DNA of 53,735 nt from Planctomycetota bacterium (lineage in GTDB: Bacteria > Planctomycetota > UBA8108 > UBA1146 > JAKEFC01): positions 1 to 53,735 of the forward strand of contig JAKEFC010000077.1 of assembly GCA_022616235.1 (NCBI GenBank), read 5' to 3'. Of the stretch, positions 44,003 through 53,184 are shown piece after piece. Below the pieces are notes generated by a model, which worked only from the letters and a program-made list of their open reading frames with translations, made no database searches and was not told where the DNA came from. Every line of letters starts with the position of its first letter. Positions within the stretch are counted from its first letter, which is position 1. A program made the position numbers and the translations under genes.

Positions 44003-44755
44003 GTGGACGACGAGACCCCGAAGCTGGTGGAGCGCGCCTGCAAAGGAGACGGCGCGGCATTCGCGGAGTTGGTGGAGCGCCATCGCAAGCTGGCGGCGAG
44101 CACCGCATTCGGGATCCTCGGCGAAGTGCATCACGCGGCGGATGCCGTCCAGGAGTCGTTCTTCAAGGCGTTTCAGCGCCTCGATCAGCTCCAGGATCCG
44201 GAGAGGTTTCTCTCCTGGTTCCTCGCGATCGTCCGCGCGACCGCGATGGATATCGTGCGCAGGCGCGTGCGCTGGGGCACGCGCGAAGTACCTTACGCGC
44301 GCGGCACGCAAGATGAAGATGGCGTGCGCGAGCCGCTGGGCCGGCTGCCGAGCGGCGCGGCAGCGAGCACCGCTCCATTCGAGGTCGTCGCGCGCGCTGA
44401 GGAGGCGGATCGGATCCGCGAGGCGCTGATGGCGCTGCCTCCCGACTATCGAGAGGTGCTGCTCCTCAAGCACCTCGAAGGCCGCTCGTACCGGGAGATC
44501 GCTCGCTTGCTGAAGCAGAGCGTGCGCGCCGTCGAATCGAAGTTGTTTCGCGCGCGCCAACAGTTGACGGCGCAACTGCGAAAACGCGACGTGGCGGAGG
44601 GGATTGGAGTGGAGAATCGCTCGCAGGCGCCGCACCTGGCAGGCGCCGATGCCGGCGCCGATGCCGGCGCCGAGACCGAGACGCGCGCGGGCGCGGGGTG
44701 CGCGCCGCAAGGCGGCTGCGAGCAGGAACTGGATGACGACGGAGAAAACACGTAA
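44003..44755 (+). CDS. ECF (sigma-70 family, group 4) sigma factor
   Basis: Region 2 is AFAELVERHRKLAASTAFGILGEVHHAADAVQESFFKAF. Region 4 is LPPDYREVLLLKHLEGRSYREIARLLKQSVRAVESKLFRARQQL. The start is GTG with a GGAGGG SD. Confidence 0.9.
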   Translation: MDDETPKLVERACKGDGAAFAELVERHRKLAASTAFGILGEVHHAADAVQESFFKAFQRLDQLQDPERFLSWFLAIVRATAMDIVRRRVRWGTREVPYARGTQDEDGVREPLGRLPSGAAASTAPFEVVARAEEADRIREALMALPPDYREVLLLKHLEGRSYREIARLLKQSVRAVESKLFRARQQLTAQLRKRDVAEGIGVENRSQAPHLAGADAGADAGAETETRAGAGCAPQGGCEQELDDDGENT

Positions 44756-44854
44756 GAATGATGGTGGGACGATCGCTCTGATCTTGGGATCCGGCTCGCG
44801 CCGCGCAGTGCCGCGCGGCGCGCCGGAGCCGCATGCGAAGGTGATGCACGCGAC

Positions 44855-45973
44855 ATGACGCCGGCAGTTTCCTGCGCTCTTGCCGAAAAGTGGATTTCGC
44901 TCTCCATCGATGGGGAGTTGTCGCCATCGCTCGAGCACGAGCTCGAGGCGCACCTCGATGCCTGCTCGCGCTGCCGTAAGCGCTTCGATGAATACGTCGA
45001 GGAGGAGAGGCTGCTCGATGCGGAGCTGGGCAGGGTGGCTGGGGAGATGGAGCATCTCCTCGAAGGGCGCCTCGACGAGAGGACGATTGCCGAACGCGAG
45101 TACACCGCCTTTGCGGCGGCGGTGCGCCCCGAGGGAGCACGCCGCGCCTCGCGGAGCAAATTGCGCGCACTGCAAGCGGCGCTCGCCGCGGCGGCCATCA
45201 TCGTCGGCGCAGCCGTGTATTGGCGCGCAGCGTCGGAGCCGCTCCCCGAAGCCGCGGCGCGAGTGGCGTGGCTCGGCAACGGGGTCCAGCTCCGAAAGGA
45301 AGGCGCCGAATTTGTCCCCGCCGCGCCCGCCCGCGGCCTGCTCTACGTAGGCGAGACGATGCGAGCCGAAGAGGGAGCCCACCTCGGCGTGCAGTTTCCG
45401 GATGGCTCGAGCGCCCGCGTGCGGAGCGGCGAGTTCACGGTACGGCGCGATGGAAGCGCGACTATTCTCGCGCTGAGCGCAGGCAGCGTCGAATTCGAGG
45501 TACAGTCGGGTACGCCAGAATTCCGTGTCGAGACTCCGGCGGCGCAGATCCGCGTACTCGGAACGCGTTTTCGCGTCGAGCACGACGAATCCAGCGAGAC
45601 AACGCGTGTCAGCGTGACGGAGGGGATCGTCCGCGTGGAGGCGGTTCCCTTCGGGAAGTCGCTGCCGTTCCCCGTGGAAGAGGGGGAAGCGGTTCGCGTG
45701 TTCCCCGTGCAGCGTGGCTCCGGCAGGGTTTGGGTGACGCGCACCGAGACGGAAGCGAGCGGTGGAACCAGGACAGGCGCCGCGGAGCCGGCGCCGCGGC
45801 AGGGAGCGGATCCACGCCAACCGCAAAGCGCCACGGAGCGCCGCGGCGCGGCGGATTCGCCGCCCACGAAGGCCGCTCCGCCGGCACCGGATCGCGCCGC
45901 CCCGACCGCGCCCCTCGACATGCCTCCCAAGGAGCTTCCCGCAAAGGACAAGGCGGACGACGGCGAGCGCTAG
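44855..45973 (+). CDS. Anti-sigma factor (zf-HC2 N-terminus, TM, FecR-like domain, Pro/Ala-rich tail)
   Basis: The zf-HC2 motif is HLDACSRCRKRF. The TM helix is LAAAAIIVGAAVYW. FecR-like segments are GETMRAEEGAHLGVQFPDGSSARV and IRVLGTRFRVEH. Confidence 0.8.
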   Translation: MTPAVSCALAEKWISLSIDGELSPSLEHELEAHLDACSRCRKRFDEYVEEERLLDAELGRVAGEMEHLLEGRLDERTIAEREYTAFAAAVRPEGARRASRSKLRALQAALAAAAIIVGAAVYWRAASEPLPEAAARVAWLGNGVQLRKEGAEFVPAAPARGLLYVGETMRAEEGAHLGVQFPDGSSARVRSGEFTVRRDGSATILALSAGSVEFEVQSGTPEFRVETPAAQIRVLGTRFRVEHDESSETTRVSVTEGIVRVEAVPFGKSLPFPVEEGEAVRVFPVQRGSGRVWVTRTETEASGGTRTGAAEPAPRQGADPRQPQSATERRGAADSPPTKAAPPAPDRAAPTAPLDMPPKELPAKDKADDGER

Positions 45974-45993
45974 CGACTATTCGCAAACTCGAC

Positions 45994-47016
45994 TCACTGC
46001 TGGATATGGAAGACGAATCCGTCGGTGAGGCAGGCATAACGCTCGCCGTAGAACCAGGCTTCCATAAGCACGCTCTCGCGGCGCGTCCAAGTCACGGCTT
46101 CGGGGTATCCCCAAGAGAGCGCGACTTCCGCGCGATTCATCCCGAGCACCAACTTGCGCTCGCGCGCGCGGTTCAAGTACTGATTGGCCGTCAGTCCGCG
46201 GAGCTGCTGGCTCGACCGGCGGCTCTTCTCCCACGCCCGCACCGCGTCATCGAGGAGCGCGCGCTTCTTCGTGATGAGCGCCCCCTCGACCCGCACCATG
46301 CCGATCTCCTGAAGGAATTCGCTGTCGATGCACCACTTGTCTCCGAGGCGGCGCAGCCCGATTTTCTGCGCCGTCTCAGCGATCTCGCGCTGGTCCCCAT
46401 AACAATTCGCGAATTCGATCAGCATTTTTTGCCAGCGCGAATCGCCTTGCAGCGCGGCATCGCCCGCCTCGAGCCAACTGAAGTTCTCGATGCGGCCGGC
46501 CTTGATGCTCGCTTCGAGCAGCGCGGCGAGCGAACTTAGGAGCGTGTCCTGCGCCCGCTTGGTGAATGAAGCGTCTTTGTGCCGCTTGCCGCATTGCGCC
46601 GCCCAAGCGGCGATCAAGCACCGGCGCACCGGAGCGAGCGATGGCAGCTCCGGCTCGACGAGCGCGAAAAAATCTCTGCTGTTCGGTCCGATGGCGACAG
46701 CGCTCACCGCGAGCACGATCGGGCCGCCCGGGGCTTCGCTGGGAGCGCGCCGGCAGTCGATCGCGAGGTGGATGTCGCGCAGATCGGCGCGCCGAAGCAC
46801 CGGAAAATCGACGTCCGGCGGAAGCGCAAAGAGAGCCGCGCTGCTCTCGACCGTGAAGGTCGTGCCCAGCATCTCTCGATAGCGCACGATGATCCGCACT
46901 TGGTCCATCTGCTCCAGGTCGAGGTACGGCAGCTCTTCCACGAGGTAAGGGCGCCGTGGAGCTTCGCCGGCGGCGACGACGAGCAGCGAGAATAGCGCGA
47001 CGGCGATGAGTCTCAC
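45994..47016 (-). CDS. Secreted hypothetical protein translationally coupled to the DUF4388 giant
   Basis: The GTG start at 47016 overlaps the TGA of the upstream gene (GTGA). The signal peptide is RLIAVALFSLLVVAAGEA. The protein is 340 aa and I recognised no family. Confidence 0.65.
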   Translation of the reverse strand: MRLIAVALFSLLVVAAGEAPRRPYLVEELPYLDLEQMDQVRIIVRYREMLGTTFTVESSAALFALPPDVDFPVLRRADLRDIHLAIDCRRAPSEAPGGPIVLAVSAVAIGPNSRDFFALVEPELPSLAPVRRCLIAAWAAQCGKRHKDASFTKRAQDTLLSSLAALLEASIKAGRIENFSWLEAGDAALQGDSRWQKMLIEFANCYGDQREIAETAQKIGLRRLGDKWCIDSEFLQEIGMVRVEGALITKKRALLDDAVRAWEKSRRSSQQLRGLTANQYLNRARERKLVLGMNRAEVALSWGYPEAVTWTRRESVLMEAWFYGERYACLTDGFVFHIQQ

Positions 47017-49967
47017 GGCGCTTCCCCTTCCAGGAGCAATGCGCGTCCGCTGTCCATGAACAGGAATAGGTTGCCGCTCGCGGTGACGCAGAGGTCGATC
47101 GGGATGCCATCGACGGCGAGCATCCAGCGCGTAGTCCCGGAGGTATCGAGTCCGTAGACGTTGCCATCCCGCCCCGCGACGACCAGGCCGTCGCGCACCA
47201 GGAGCGGTGCGCAAGCCGCTACGACCGGCAGCGGCCCACTTCGCGACTCCGCGCCATTCAAGAGCACCCAGCGCCGGTCTTTGCTCGCGTAGAGCGCTCC
47301 CTGCCAGGTGGTGCGCACGTTGGTCGCGGGTACGGGGAGCGACTTCCGCTCATCGCCCAGGCACAGAGTTCCATCGTCGAGGAGCAACCCGCCGCCGGGT
47401 ACCGCCCCCGCGATCCCCCTCGGCAGCGACACGTCGGAGACGAGCGCCCAATCCTCCGAGCGCAGCGCCCGCAGTTGGCGCGCGCGGTCCGCAATCCTGA
47501 GCACGCTCCGATCGAATACGACGACCTCGACTGGAAAAACGCCTGCGAGAGTGTGCACCCGCTCGCCGCTAGAGGCATCGAGCACCGAAGTCGTGCCGGC
47601 TTCGTTGCCGAAGGCGACCCAGCGACCGTCCTCGCTGATTGCGGGCGCCGTAGTGACCGGCGCCAGATCCTCGAAGCTCCAGAGCTTCGCGCCATTGTCG
47701 GCATCGAGGCGCAGCACTTGACCGGAGAGCGACGTCACGAACAGCGTGTCCGCAAAGACCCGAATGTGCGCACCGGGGTATCCTTCCAACCCCGCCTTGA
47801 AGCGCCAGCGCGCAGACTGCGTCGAGATGAAGTCTTCGGCGAAGGAATAGATCCAGCCGTCGCGCGACGCGACGAGCAGATAGCCCTTGAACGAGACGAT
47901 GCCTCGATGAATCGGCGCGTAGAGCTGGGTGCGCGCGGCTTCCGCGCGCTCCATCGCGATCGCGAGCTTGGCCGTGCCGTCATCTTCGAAATCGCGGAGC
48001 GCGGGCCGATATCCCTTCAGCCGCAGCTCGACCGAGAAGCTCCCGCCGGGAGCGTAGTGATGGACGAGCGGCGTCCTGCCGAGATGCGCGCCTTCGACGA
48101 ATACTTCGGCGCCCTGCGGTGTCGACTCGATCCCGAGAGGAAAGCGCACGCGGTCGAGTTCGACGAGCGCCGTGTAGTCGTGCAAGAGCAATCGCAGGTG
48201 CTCGCGCGCTTCCGCCAGGCGACCCTGCTCCTCGGCGACACGCGCCTTTTCGGCGAGCGCCAACGCTTCCGCTTGCCGCGCGTGGCGTGCCTCCCGATCT
48301 GCCTGCTGTTGGTGTTTCTCGCGTTCGGCCGCATCCGCGCGGCGCTTCTCCGCGAGCGCTTCGAGGCGAAACGCCTCGCTCTCGGCGAGGTCCGCGCGCG
48401 TCGACCAGGCGAAGCTCGCGGCTACTTCGCGGTAGGATGCGATCGGCTTTTCGAGCGTCTCGCTGTCTGCATACGCAGCCTCGACGAGGCGCGCCAGCTC
48501 GAATCGCTCGCGCGCCTTCAGCTCGTAGCGCAACGGCGGAATGACGGCGATCAGGATGCCGATCATCGCCATGCCTACCAGCGTGAAGCGGCGCTGCTTG
48601 CGCTTGTCTTCCTCTTCCTGGATCGCGAGCAGGGACTGCATGCGCCTGCGGATGTCCGCGCGGGTCGGGTCGATGTCGAAGATGAGGCGCGCGCAGCGGA
48701 TTTGCTCCCTCAGATCGTGGGATTCCTCGAGGAGCGCATTCGCTTCCTCGAGGAGCGCGATCGCCTGCGTGGAGTCGCCGAGGCCGCGTTGCGCTTCCGC
48801 CTTGAGGAGTAAGAGAGGCGCCCGCGATTCGAAGTCTTCTTCGGAGCGCGACAGAAACGCCGCCAATTCCAGAAAACGGCTCTCGCGCTTGAGGCGCTCC
48901 ACGATCGTGTCGCGAACGCGTGCCTTCTGCTTCGCGTTCGCCCCGGTGCGCACTTCCCAGACCGCCATGAGATGGTCGAGCGATGGCGTGCCGCAATCGA
49001 TCAGTCGGAATCCGACGTCCCAGGATTCGGCCCTTGCGCCTCGCTCCGCGTGCAGTTGCATCGCCTGGAAGAGGAGCGCCGCGCCGCGATCGCGCTCTTG
49101 CAGCTCGATGAGCGTGTCGCCCGCTTCCGCGACGAACGCGGGATCGTTCTTTGCGTGCTCGTTCGACTCGCACAAGTACGCATACAGCTCGACGCACTCG
49201 CCGACCTTCTCCGCCTTGCGGAGCTGCTTCAGGATCGGGGGATACTCGTCGAATTCGAGCAAGCGCAGCCAACCCTTGGCGAGCAGTTGGTGCAGCTCCT
49301 TGAGAGTCTGAAAGCGCGTGTCGTGCGATGCTTCCAGGGCGCCACGCACGGAACAGGCGCGCGGCAGCTTGTCCCAAAGCGCCTTCGCCGCCGCGCTGGG
49401 GGTGTCTGCCGGCGGCGGCGAAGTGACGATCCTGCGGAATAGCGCGCGTTGATCCGGAAGTTGGCGCTCGATCGATTTCCATTCGTCGAGTTGGCGCAAC
49501 CCTTCCATCAACACGGCCTTCGGGTCGATGCTCAGTTCCGTGTATTGTTGATTCGGATCGAGCAATTCCGGGGGCGCGTGGCCAGGGAGGAATTCGAAGG
49601 TGCCTTCCTCCCAAAGCAGGAGGTCGTACAGCTCTTCTTCTACCTTGCGTCGGAGCACCGCTTGGATGTCATCGCGACTGACGGTCCCCTGCTCGATCAA
49701 GATCAATCCCAACAGCTTGCCGCAGCGTTGCTGCTCCGCGAGCGCGGCGTCGAGCTGCTCGGCGGTGATCTTGCCTTCGTTGATGAGGAGGCTGCCAATG
49801 CGAATGTTCTTGCCGGAGGAGAAGAGCGCGATGGACCCGGTCGTAAAGTAGATGATCTTCTTGTCGTTGGCGCGTTGGACGATAAGAGAGCCGGTGTGCT
49901 GATTCAGTGCGAGGGTTTGAAACACCTCGCCCAGACCAAAATGTTGCAACTGGCCCTTGAGAGTCAT
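47013..49967 (-). CDS. DUF4388 - MshEN-motif - helical - TM - coiled-coil - PEGA - PQQ-like beta-propeller protein (984 aa)
   Basis: The N-terminus GQLQHFGLGEVFQTLALNQHTGSLIV is DUF4388-like. The MshEN motif pair is RIGSLLINEGKITAEQLDAALAEQ and LLGLILIEQGTVSRDDIQAVL, separated by a 5-aa spacer (QRCGK). The TM helix is LVGMAMIGILIAVIPPL. The PEGA-like segment is IESTPQGAEVFVEGAHLGRTPL...LRLKGY. The C-terminus has repeated 'DG.vy..d' propeller blades. Confidence 0.85.
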   Translation of the reverse strand: MTLKGQLQHFGLGEVFQTLALNQHTGSLIVQRANDKKIIYFTTGSIALFSSGKNIRIGSLLINEGKITAEQLDAALAEQQRCGKLLGLILIEQGTVSRDDIQAVLRRKVEEELYDLLLWEEGTFEFLPGHAPPELLDPNQQYTELSIDPKAVLMEGLRQLDEWKSIERQLPDQRALFRRIVTSPPPADTPSAAAKALWDKLPRACSVRGALEASHDTRFQTLKELHQLLAKGWLRLLEFDEYPPILKQLRKAEKVGECVELYAYLCESNEHAKNDPAFVAEAGDTLIELQERDRGAALLFQAMQLHAERGARAESWDVGFRLIDCGTPSLDHLMAVWEVRTGANAKQKARVRDTIVERLKRESRFLELAAFLSRSEEDFESRAPLLLLKAEAQRGLGDSTQAIALLEEANALLEESHDLREQIRCARLIFDIDPTRADIRRRMQSLLAIQEEEDKRKQRRFTLVGMAMIGILIAVIPPLRYELKARERFELARLVEAAYADSETLEKPIASYREVAASFAWSTRADLAESEAFRLEALAEKRRADAAEREKHQQQADREARHARQAEALALAEKARVAEEQGRLAEAREHLRLLLHDYTALVELDRVRFPLGIESTPQGAEVFVEGAHLGRTPLVHHYAPGGSFSVELRLKGYRPALRDFEDDGTAKLAIAMERAEAARTQLYAPIHRGIVSFKGYLLVASRDGWIYSFAEDFISTQSARWRFKAGLEGYPGAHIRVFADTLFVTSLSGQVLRLDADNGAKLWSFEDLAPVTTAPAISEDGRWVAFGNEAGTTSVLDASSGERVHTLAGVFPVEVVVFDRSVLRIADRARQLRALRSEDWALVSDVSLPRGIAGAVPGGGLLLDDGTLCLGDERKSLPVPATNVRTTWQGALYASKDRRWVLLNGAESRSGPLPVVAACAPLLVRDGLVVAGRDGNVYGLDTSGTTRWMLAVDGIPIDLCVTASGNLFLFMDSGRALLLEGEAP

Positions 49968-50078
49968 AGTGTGTCCGGCCCGCCGCGGTGCGGCGATCGT
50001 GCGAGAAGCGAGAGCAGTGGCCGTGGCGTAGGCACGCCGCCGCCTGCTCGATACCCTTTCCCTTTAGAAAGATACGGC

Positions 50079-51326
50079 ATGCTTCGGCCAGCGACCATTC
50101 CCGCGCCGCGCGCGCAAGGCGCCGCGGGGCAGCTTCCGCTCGCGCGCGAAGACGCAACTTCGCCGGGTCTCTACGTCCACGTGCCGTTTTGCCACAGTCG
50201 CTGCACCTATTGCGATTTTCATACGACGGGTTATCGGGAAGCGCGGGCAGAGCGCTACTTATCGGCCCTGACGCGCGAAGCCGATGCCGTGGCCCAGAGC
50301 GGTTTCACGCCGGTCACGATCTTCATCGGCGGCGGGACGCCGTCCGCGCTCTCGCCCCGCCTGTTCGATCGCCTCCTCGCCGTCATCGAGGAACGGTTCC
50401 GCACGGCCGCGCTCCGGGAATGGACCGTCGAAGCCAATCCCGGCTCGCTCACCGCTGAAAAGGCGGAGATCGCAGTGCGGCACGGCGTGGACCGCGCCAG
50501 CACCGGCGCCCAGTCTTTCCAGCGAGAAGGGTTGGCGATCCTCGGGCGTCGCCACAGCGCGGCGGATGTCTTCGAGTCGCACCGCCTGCTGCGCGACGCC
50601 GGCATCCGGAGATGTAACGTCGATCTGATCTTGGGCTGGCCGGGTCAAACGGACGCTGCGCTCGCCGCGGATTTTCGGATGCTCGCGCGGCTTCGCCCCG
50701 AGCACGTCAGCGTCTATCACCTGACCTACGAAGAAGGAACCTGGCTCACTCGCATGCGGGACCGGCGCCTGCTTCGCGTGGAGAGCGACGAGACGTTGAT
50801 CGCGCTCGGCCGCGCCGCGTTGGTCGCGTTGGAATGCTCGGGCTATACTCGATACGAGGTGTCGAATTTCGCGATGCCCGGGGAGGAATCGCTGCACAAC
50901 CTCAACTATTGGCGCCGCGGCGTCTACCGCGGCATCGGCTCTGGAGCGGCGTCATTCGACGGCGTGCGGCGCTGGGTGAATCGTCCGGACGTCGACGCCT
51001 ACATCGAAGGAACGGCACGCGACTCGATCCCGCGGAGCGTCGACGAGGAGCTTGGGATCGGCGAGGCGGCCGCGGAGCTGCTGCTCCTCGGCCTGCGCCT
51101 CCGTGAGGGACTACCGGACGCGCGCTTTCTGGCAGCGGTCGGGTGCTCGCTCGCGGAGTGTGCAGGGAGCAAGCTGCGCGAGCTGGCGCGGGGCGGCTTC
51201 CTCGAGTGGGATTCGGGAGTCGTCCGCGCCACGGCGCGCGGCTATGAAGTCCTCGACAGCGTCGTTCTGGCGCTGGTCGAGGAAGTGGAGACTTGGTTCC
51301 AGTCGGGTTCGGAACCGACTCGGTAA
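50079..51326 (+). CDS. hemW: Radical SAM family heme chaperone HemW (HemN-like)
   Basis: The CxxxCxxC motif is YVHVPFCHSRCTYCDF. IFIGGGTPS and a C-terminal HemN_C-like segment are present. The true ATG is at 50079, inside track ORF 49449..51326. Confidence 0.88.
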   Translation: MLRPATIPAPRAQGAAGQLPLAREDATSPGLYVHVPFCHSRCTYCDFHTTGYREARAERYLSALTREADAVAQSGFTPVTIFIGGGTPSALSPRLFDRLLAVIEERFRTAALREWTVEANPGSLTAEKAEIAVRHGVDRASTGAQSFQREGLAILGRRHSAADVFESHRLLRDAGIRRCNVDLILGWPGQTDAALAADFRMLARLRPEHVSVYHLTYEEGTWLTRMRDRRLLRVESDETLIALGRAALVALECSGYTRYEVSNFAMPGEESLHNLNYWRRGVYRGIGSGAASFDGVRRWVNRPDVDAYIEGTARDSIPRSVDEELGIGEAAAELLLLGLRLREGLPDARFLAAVGCSLAECAGSKLRELARGGFLEWDSGVVRATARGYEVLDSVVLALVEEVETWFQSGSEPTR

Positions 51327-51470
51327 TTCCGCAGCGCGCGCGTTTCGGCGCAGCGCCGCCGGCGATCGATATCGATGGAGTAGCGCGGTGTGCCACCGCG
51401 CGGGCCGTCCAGGGAGGCCCGCTCGAGCCGGAGCCGCCGATTGCTAGTAACGGAAAAGATCCGTATCGCT

Positions 51471-52043
51471 ATGCCGAACGACGAGTGCTCGCAGCTCATT
51501 CGAATACTCCTCTATCACGGCCGCGTGCGGGAAAAGGATCTGCGCGAGATCCTGCGCCGGCACGGAACGCCGATGGACAGCGCCGCGCTGCTTGCCGAGA
51601 TCGTGCGCGCGCGGCTCGTCGATGAGGCGTGGGCGCACGAAGTGCAGGCGGTGCTCAAGCTGCGAGCACGGCGCCACGGAGCGACGTCCGAAGAGGCGGC
51701 ACGCATCGACCGATCCTTCGGGCAGATCGCCATCGAGCGGAAGTGGATCAGCGTCGCCAACCTCGAGGCCGCAATCCTCGAGCAGCAGCGGCTCCGCCGG
51801 ATCAACCTGTACTTTCGCGTCGGCGAGATCTTCCTCAATCGGGGGTTGCTCACCGTCGAGCAGGTGCGTGCGATCCTCGAGTCCCAGGGGTACGTCCAAA
51901 AGGACTGCACGAACTGCCACTCCATAGTGCGGGTCGTCGCCGGAGTGAGCGAGAAGGACCCGAGCTGCCCGTTCTGCCATGGTGCCTTGACGCCGACCAT
52001 ATTCCTCGATTCGGTGCAGAGCGACGCCCACGTAGACGCATGA
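51471..52043 (+). CDS. MshEN-motif protein fused to a C-terminal zinc ribbon
   Basis: The motif pair is FGQIAIERKWISVANLEAAILEQ and RVGEIFLNRGLLTVEQVRAILESQ, followed by CTNCHS...CPFCHG. The start was chosen at ATG 51471, after a lower-GC spacer; the track ORF starts at 51390. Confidence 0.7.
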   Translation: MPNDECSQLIRILLYHGRVREKDLREILRRHGTPMDSAALLAEIVRARLVDEAWAHEVQAVLKLRARRHGATSEEAARIDRSFGQIAIERKWISVANLEAAILEQQRLRRINLYFRVGEIFLNRGLLTVEQVRAILESQGYVQKDCTNCHSIVRVVAGVSEKDPSCPFCHGALTPTIFLDSVQSDAHVDA

Positions 52044-52187
52044 CGGCTCCGGCACGGGCAGCGCCAGATTCGCCCGCGAGCGATCTCCTTCCGGCGCGGC
52101 TGCCCCGAGAGCAATCGACGAAGCAGCCTCCTCGCGCGAATGCGGGCTAGGCTTCTCATCGGTCCCGCGGCGATGTAACTTAGCGTC

Positions 52188-52772
52188 ATGGCGGAACACG
52201 ATGAGATGACTCTCGGCAAGGCGCTCGTTGCGGAGGGGCTGCTCACGGAGCAGCAACTCGAAACCGCCGCACAGTATCAAGTGTCCATCGGCGGCAAGCT
52301 CCGCGACATCGTACTCAAGCTCGGTTTCGTCTCGGAGAGCGATCTGAACCGATTCTTCGGGCGCCACGAGCACATGCGGACCGTGGAGTTGACCGGCCGC
52401 AAGGTGGACGAAGAGCTACTTAGCCGCATTCCGCGCGAAGTCATCGAGAAGCACGAAGTCCTGCCGTTCAAGCATTCCGCGAATACCGTCCTCCTCGTCA
52501 TGAGCGAGCCCGCGGATTACGAGGCGATCGAGGAGATTCAGTTCCTGACGAATTCCAAGATCGAAACGGCGCTGGCGCCGCGCTCTCAAATTCGCGAGCT
52601 GATCACGCGCTTCTATCGGGACCGTGACGGGCACCACGTGCCGAGTGCGGAAGAGCTGCTGCTCGGGCGCGTCGCGGATCCTAACGTTGCCGCATTCATC
52701 CGCGCGCTCCTCAAGAAAGGCGTCGTGACCGTCGAGGAATGGTCGCGCGAATCCAAAGGCCTGTCCGAATAG
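52188..52772 (+). CDS. Stand-alone T2SSE_N (GspE N-terminal, MshEN-type) domain protein
   Basis: The motif pair is TLGKALVAEGLLTEQQLETAAQYQ, a 5-aa spacer, then KLRDIVLKLGFVSESDLNRFF. The typical T2SSE_N segment follows: IPREVIEKHEVLPFK..NTVLLVMSEPADYEAIEEIQFLT. Confidence 0.8.
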   Translation: MAEHDEMTLGKALVAEGLLTEQQLETAAQYQVSIGGKLRDIVLKLGFVSESDLNRFFGRHEHMRTVELTGRKVDEELLSRIPREVIEKHEVLPFKHSANTVLLVMSEPADYEAIEEIQFLTNSKIETALAPRSQIRELITRFYRDRDGHHVPSAEELLLGRVADPNVAAFIRALLKKGVVTVEEWSRESKGLSE

Positions 52773-52786
52773 AGTTCGTTTCAAGA

Positions 52787-52810
52787 CCTCGCAGCCGACC
52801 GAAGCCAGGC
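52787..52810 (+). repeat. Copy G: an isolated 24-nt module of the repeat family in a 64-nt convergent intergenic spacer
   Basis: CCTCGCAGCCGACCGAAGCCAGGC is identical to the reverse complement of 39051-39074 (left arm of copy B). Confidence 0.7.
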
Positions 52811-52836
52811 CAGATCTCGAAAAAACCTAGTCGCTC

Positions 52837-53184
52837 CTACTTCGGGAACCCCTGCTGCACGAGGAAATAGCCCCCGAGGATCGCGAGCGCGAGCGCGAGG
52901 AGAAGCGCGAGCAAGAAGGGGATGATGGCGAGCGAAACCCGCCGCGGAAATCCGCTCGCGGCTGCCAGTGCGTCGCGAAACTCCAAGCTTGGCACCGCCG
53001 GGACCGCGATCTTGGCAAAGTGATTGCGGATCAGCTCCTGATCCTTCGCGACCGCGGTCACGAATCGTTCGCACTCCGGGCACTCGGCGAAATGCTCGTC
53101 CACGGGAATCGCAGGGGCTTCCGCGCCGTCCGCTTCACGCCAGAGCCAGGCTTCCCTGGCCGCTTCGCAATCGAGCTTCATCAT
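52837..53184 (-). CDS. Anti-sigma factor (zf-HC2-like, single TM)
   Basis: The motif is HFAECPECERF. The C-terminal TM helix is LAIIPFLLALLLALALAILGGYF. The ATG overlaps the stop of the upstream ECF sigma (ATGA). Confidence 0.7.
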   Translation of the reverse strand: MMKLDCEAAREAWLWREADGAEAPAIPVDEHFAECPECERFVTAVAKDQELIRNHFAKIAVPAVPSLEFRDALAAASGFPRRVSLAIIPFLLALLLALALAILGGYFLVQQGFPK

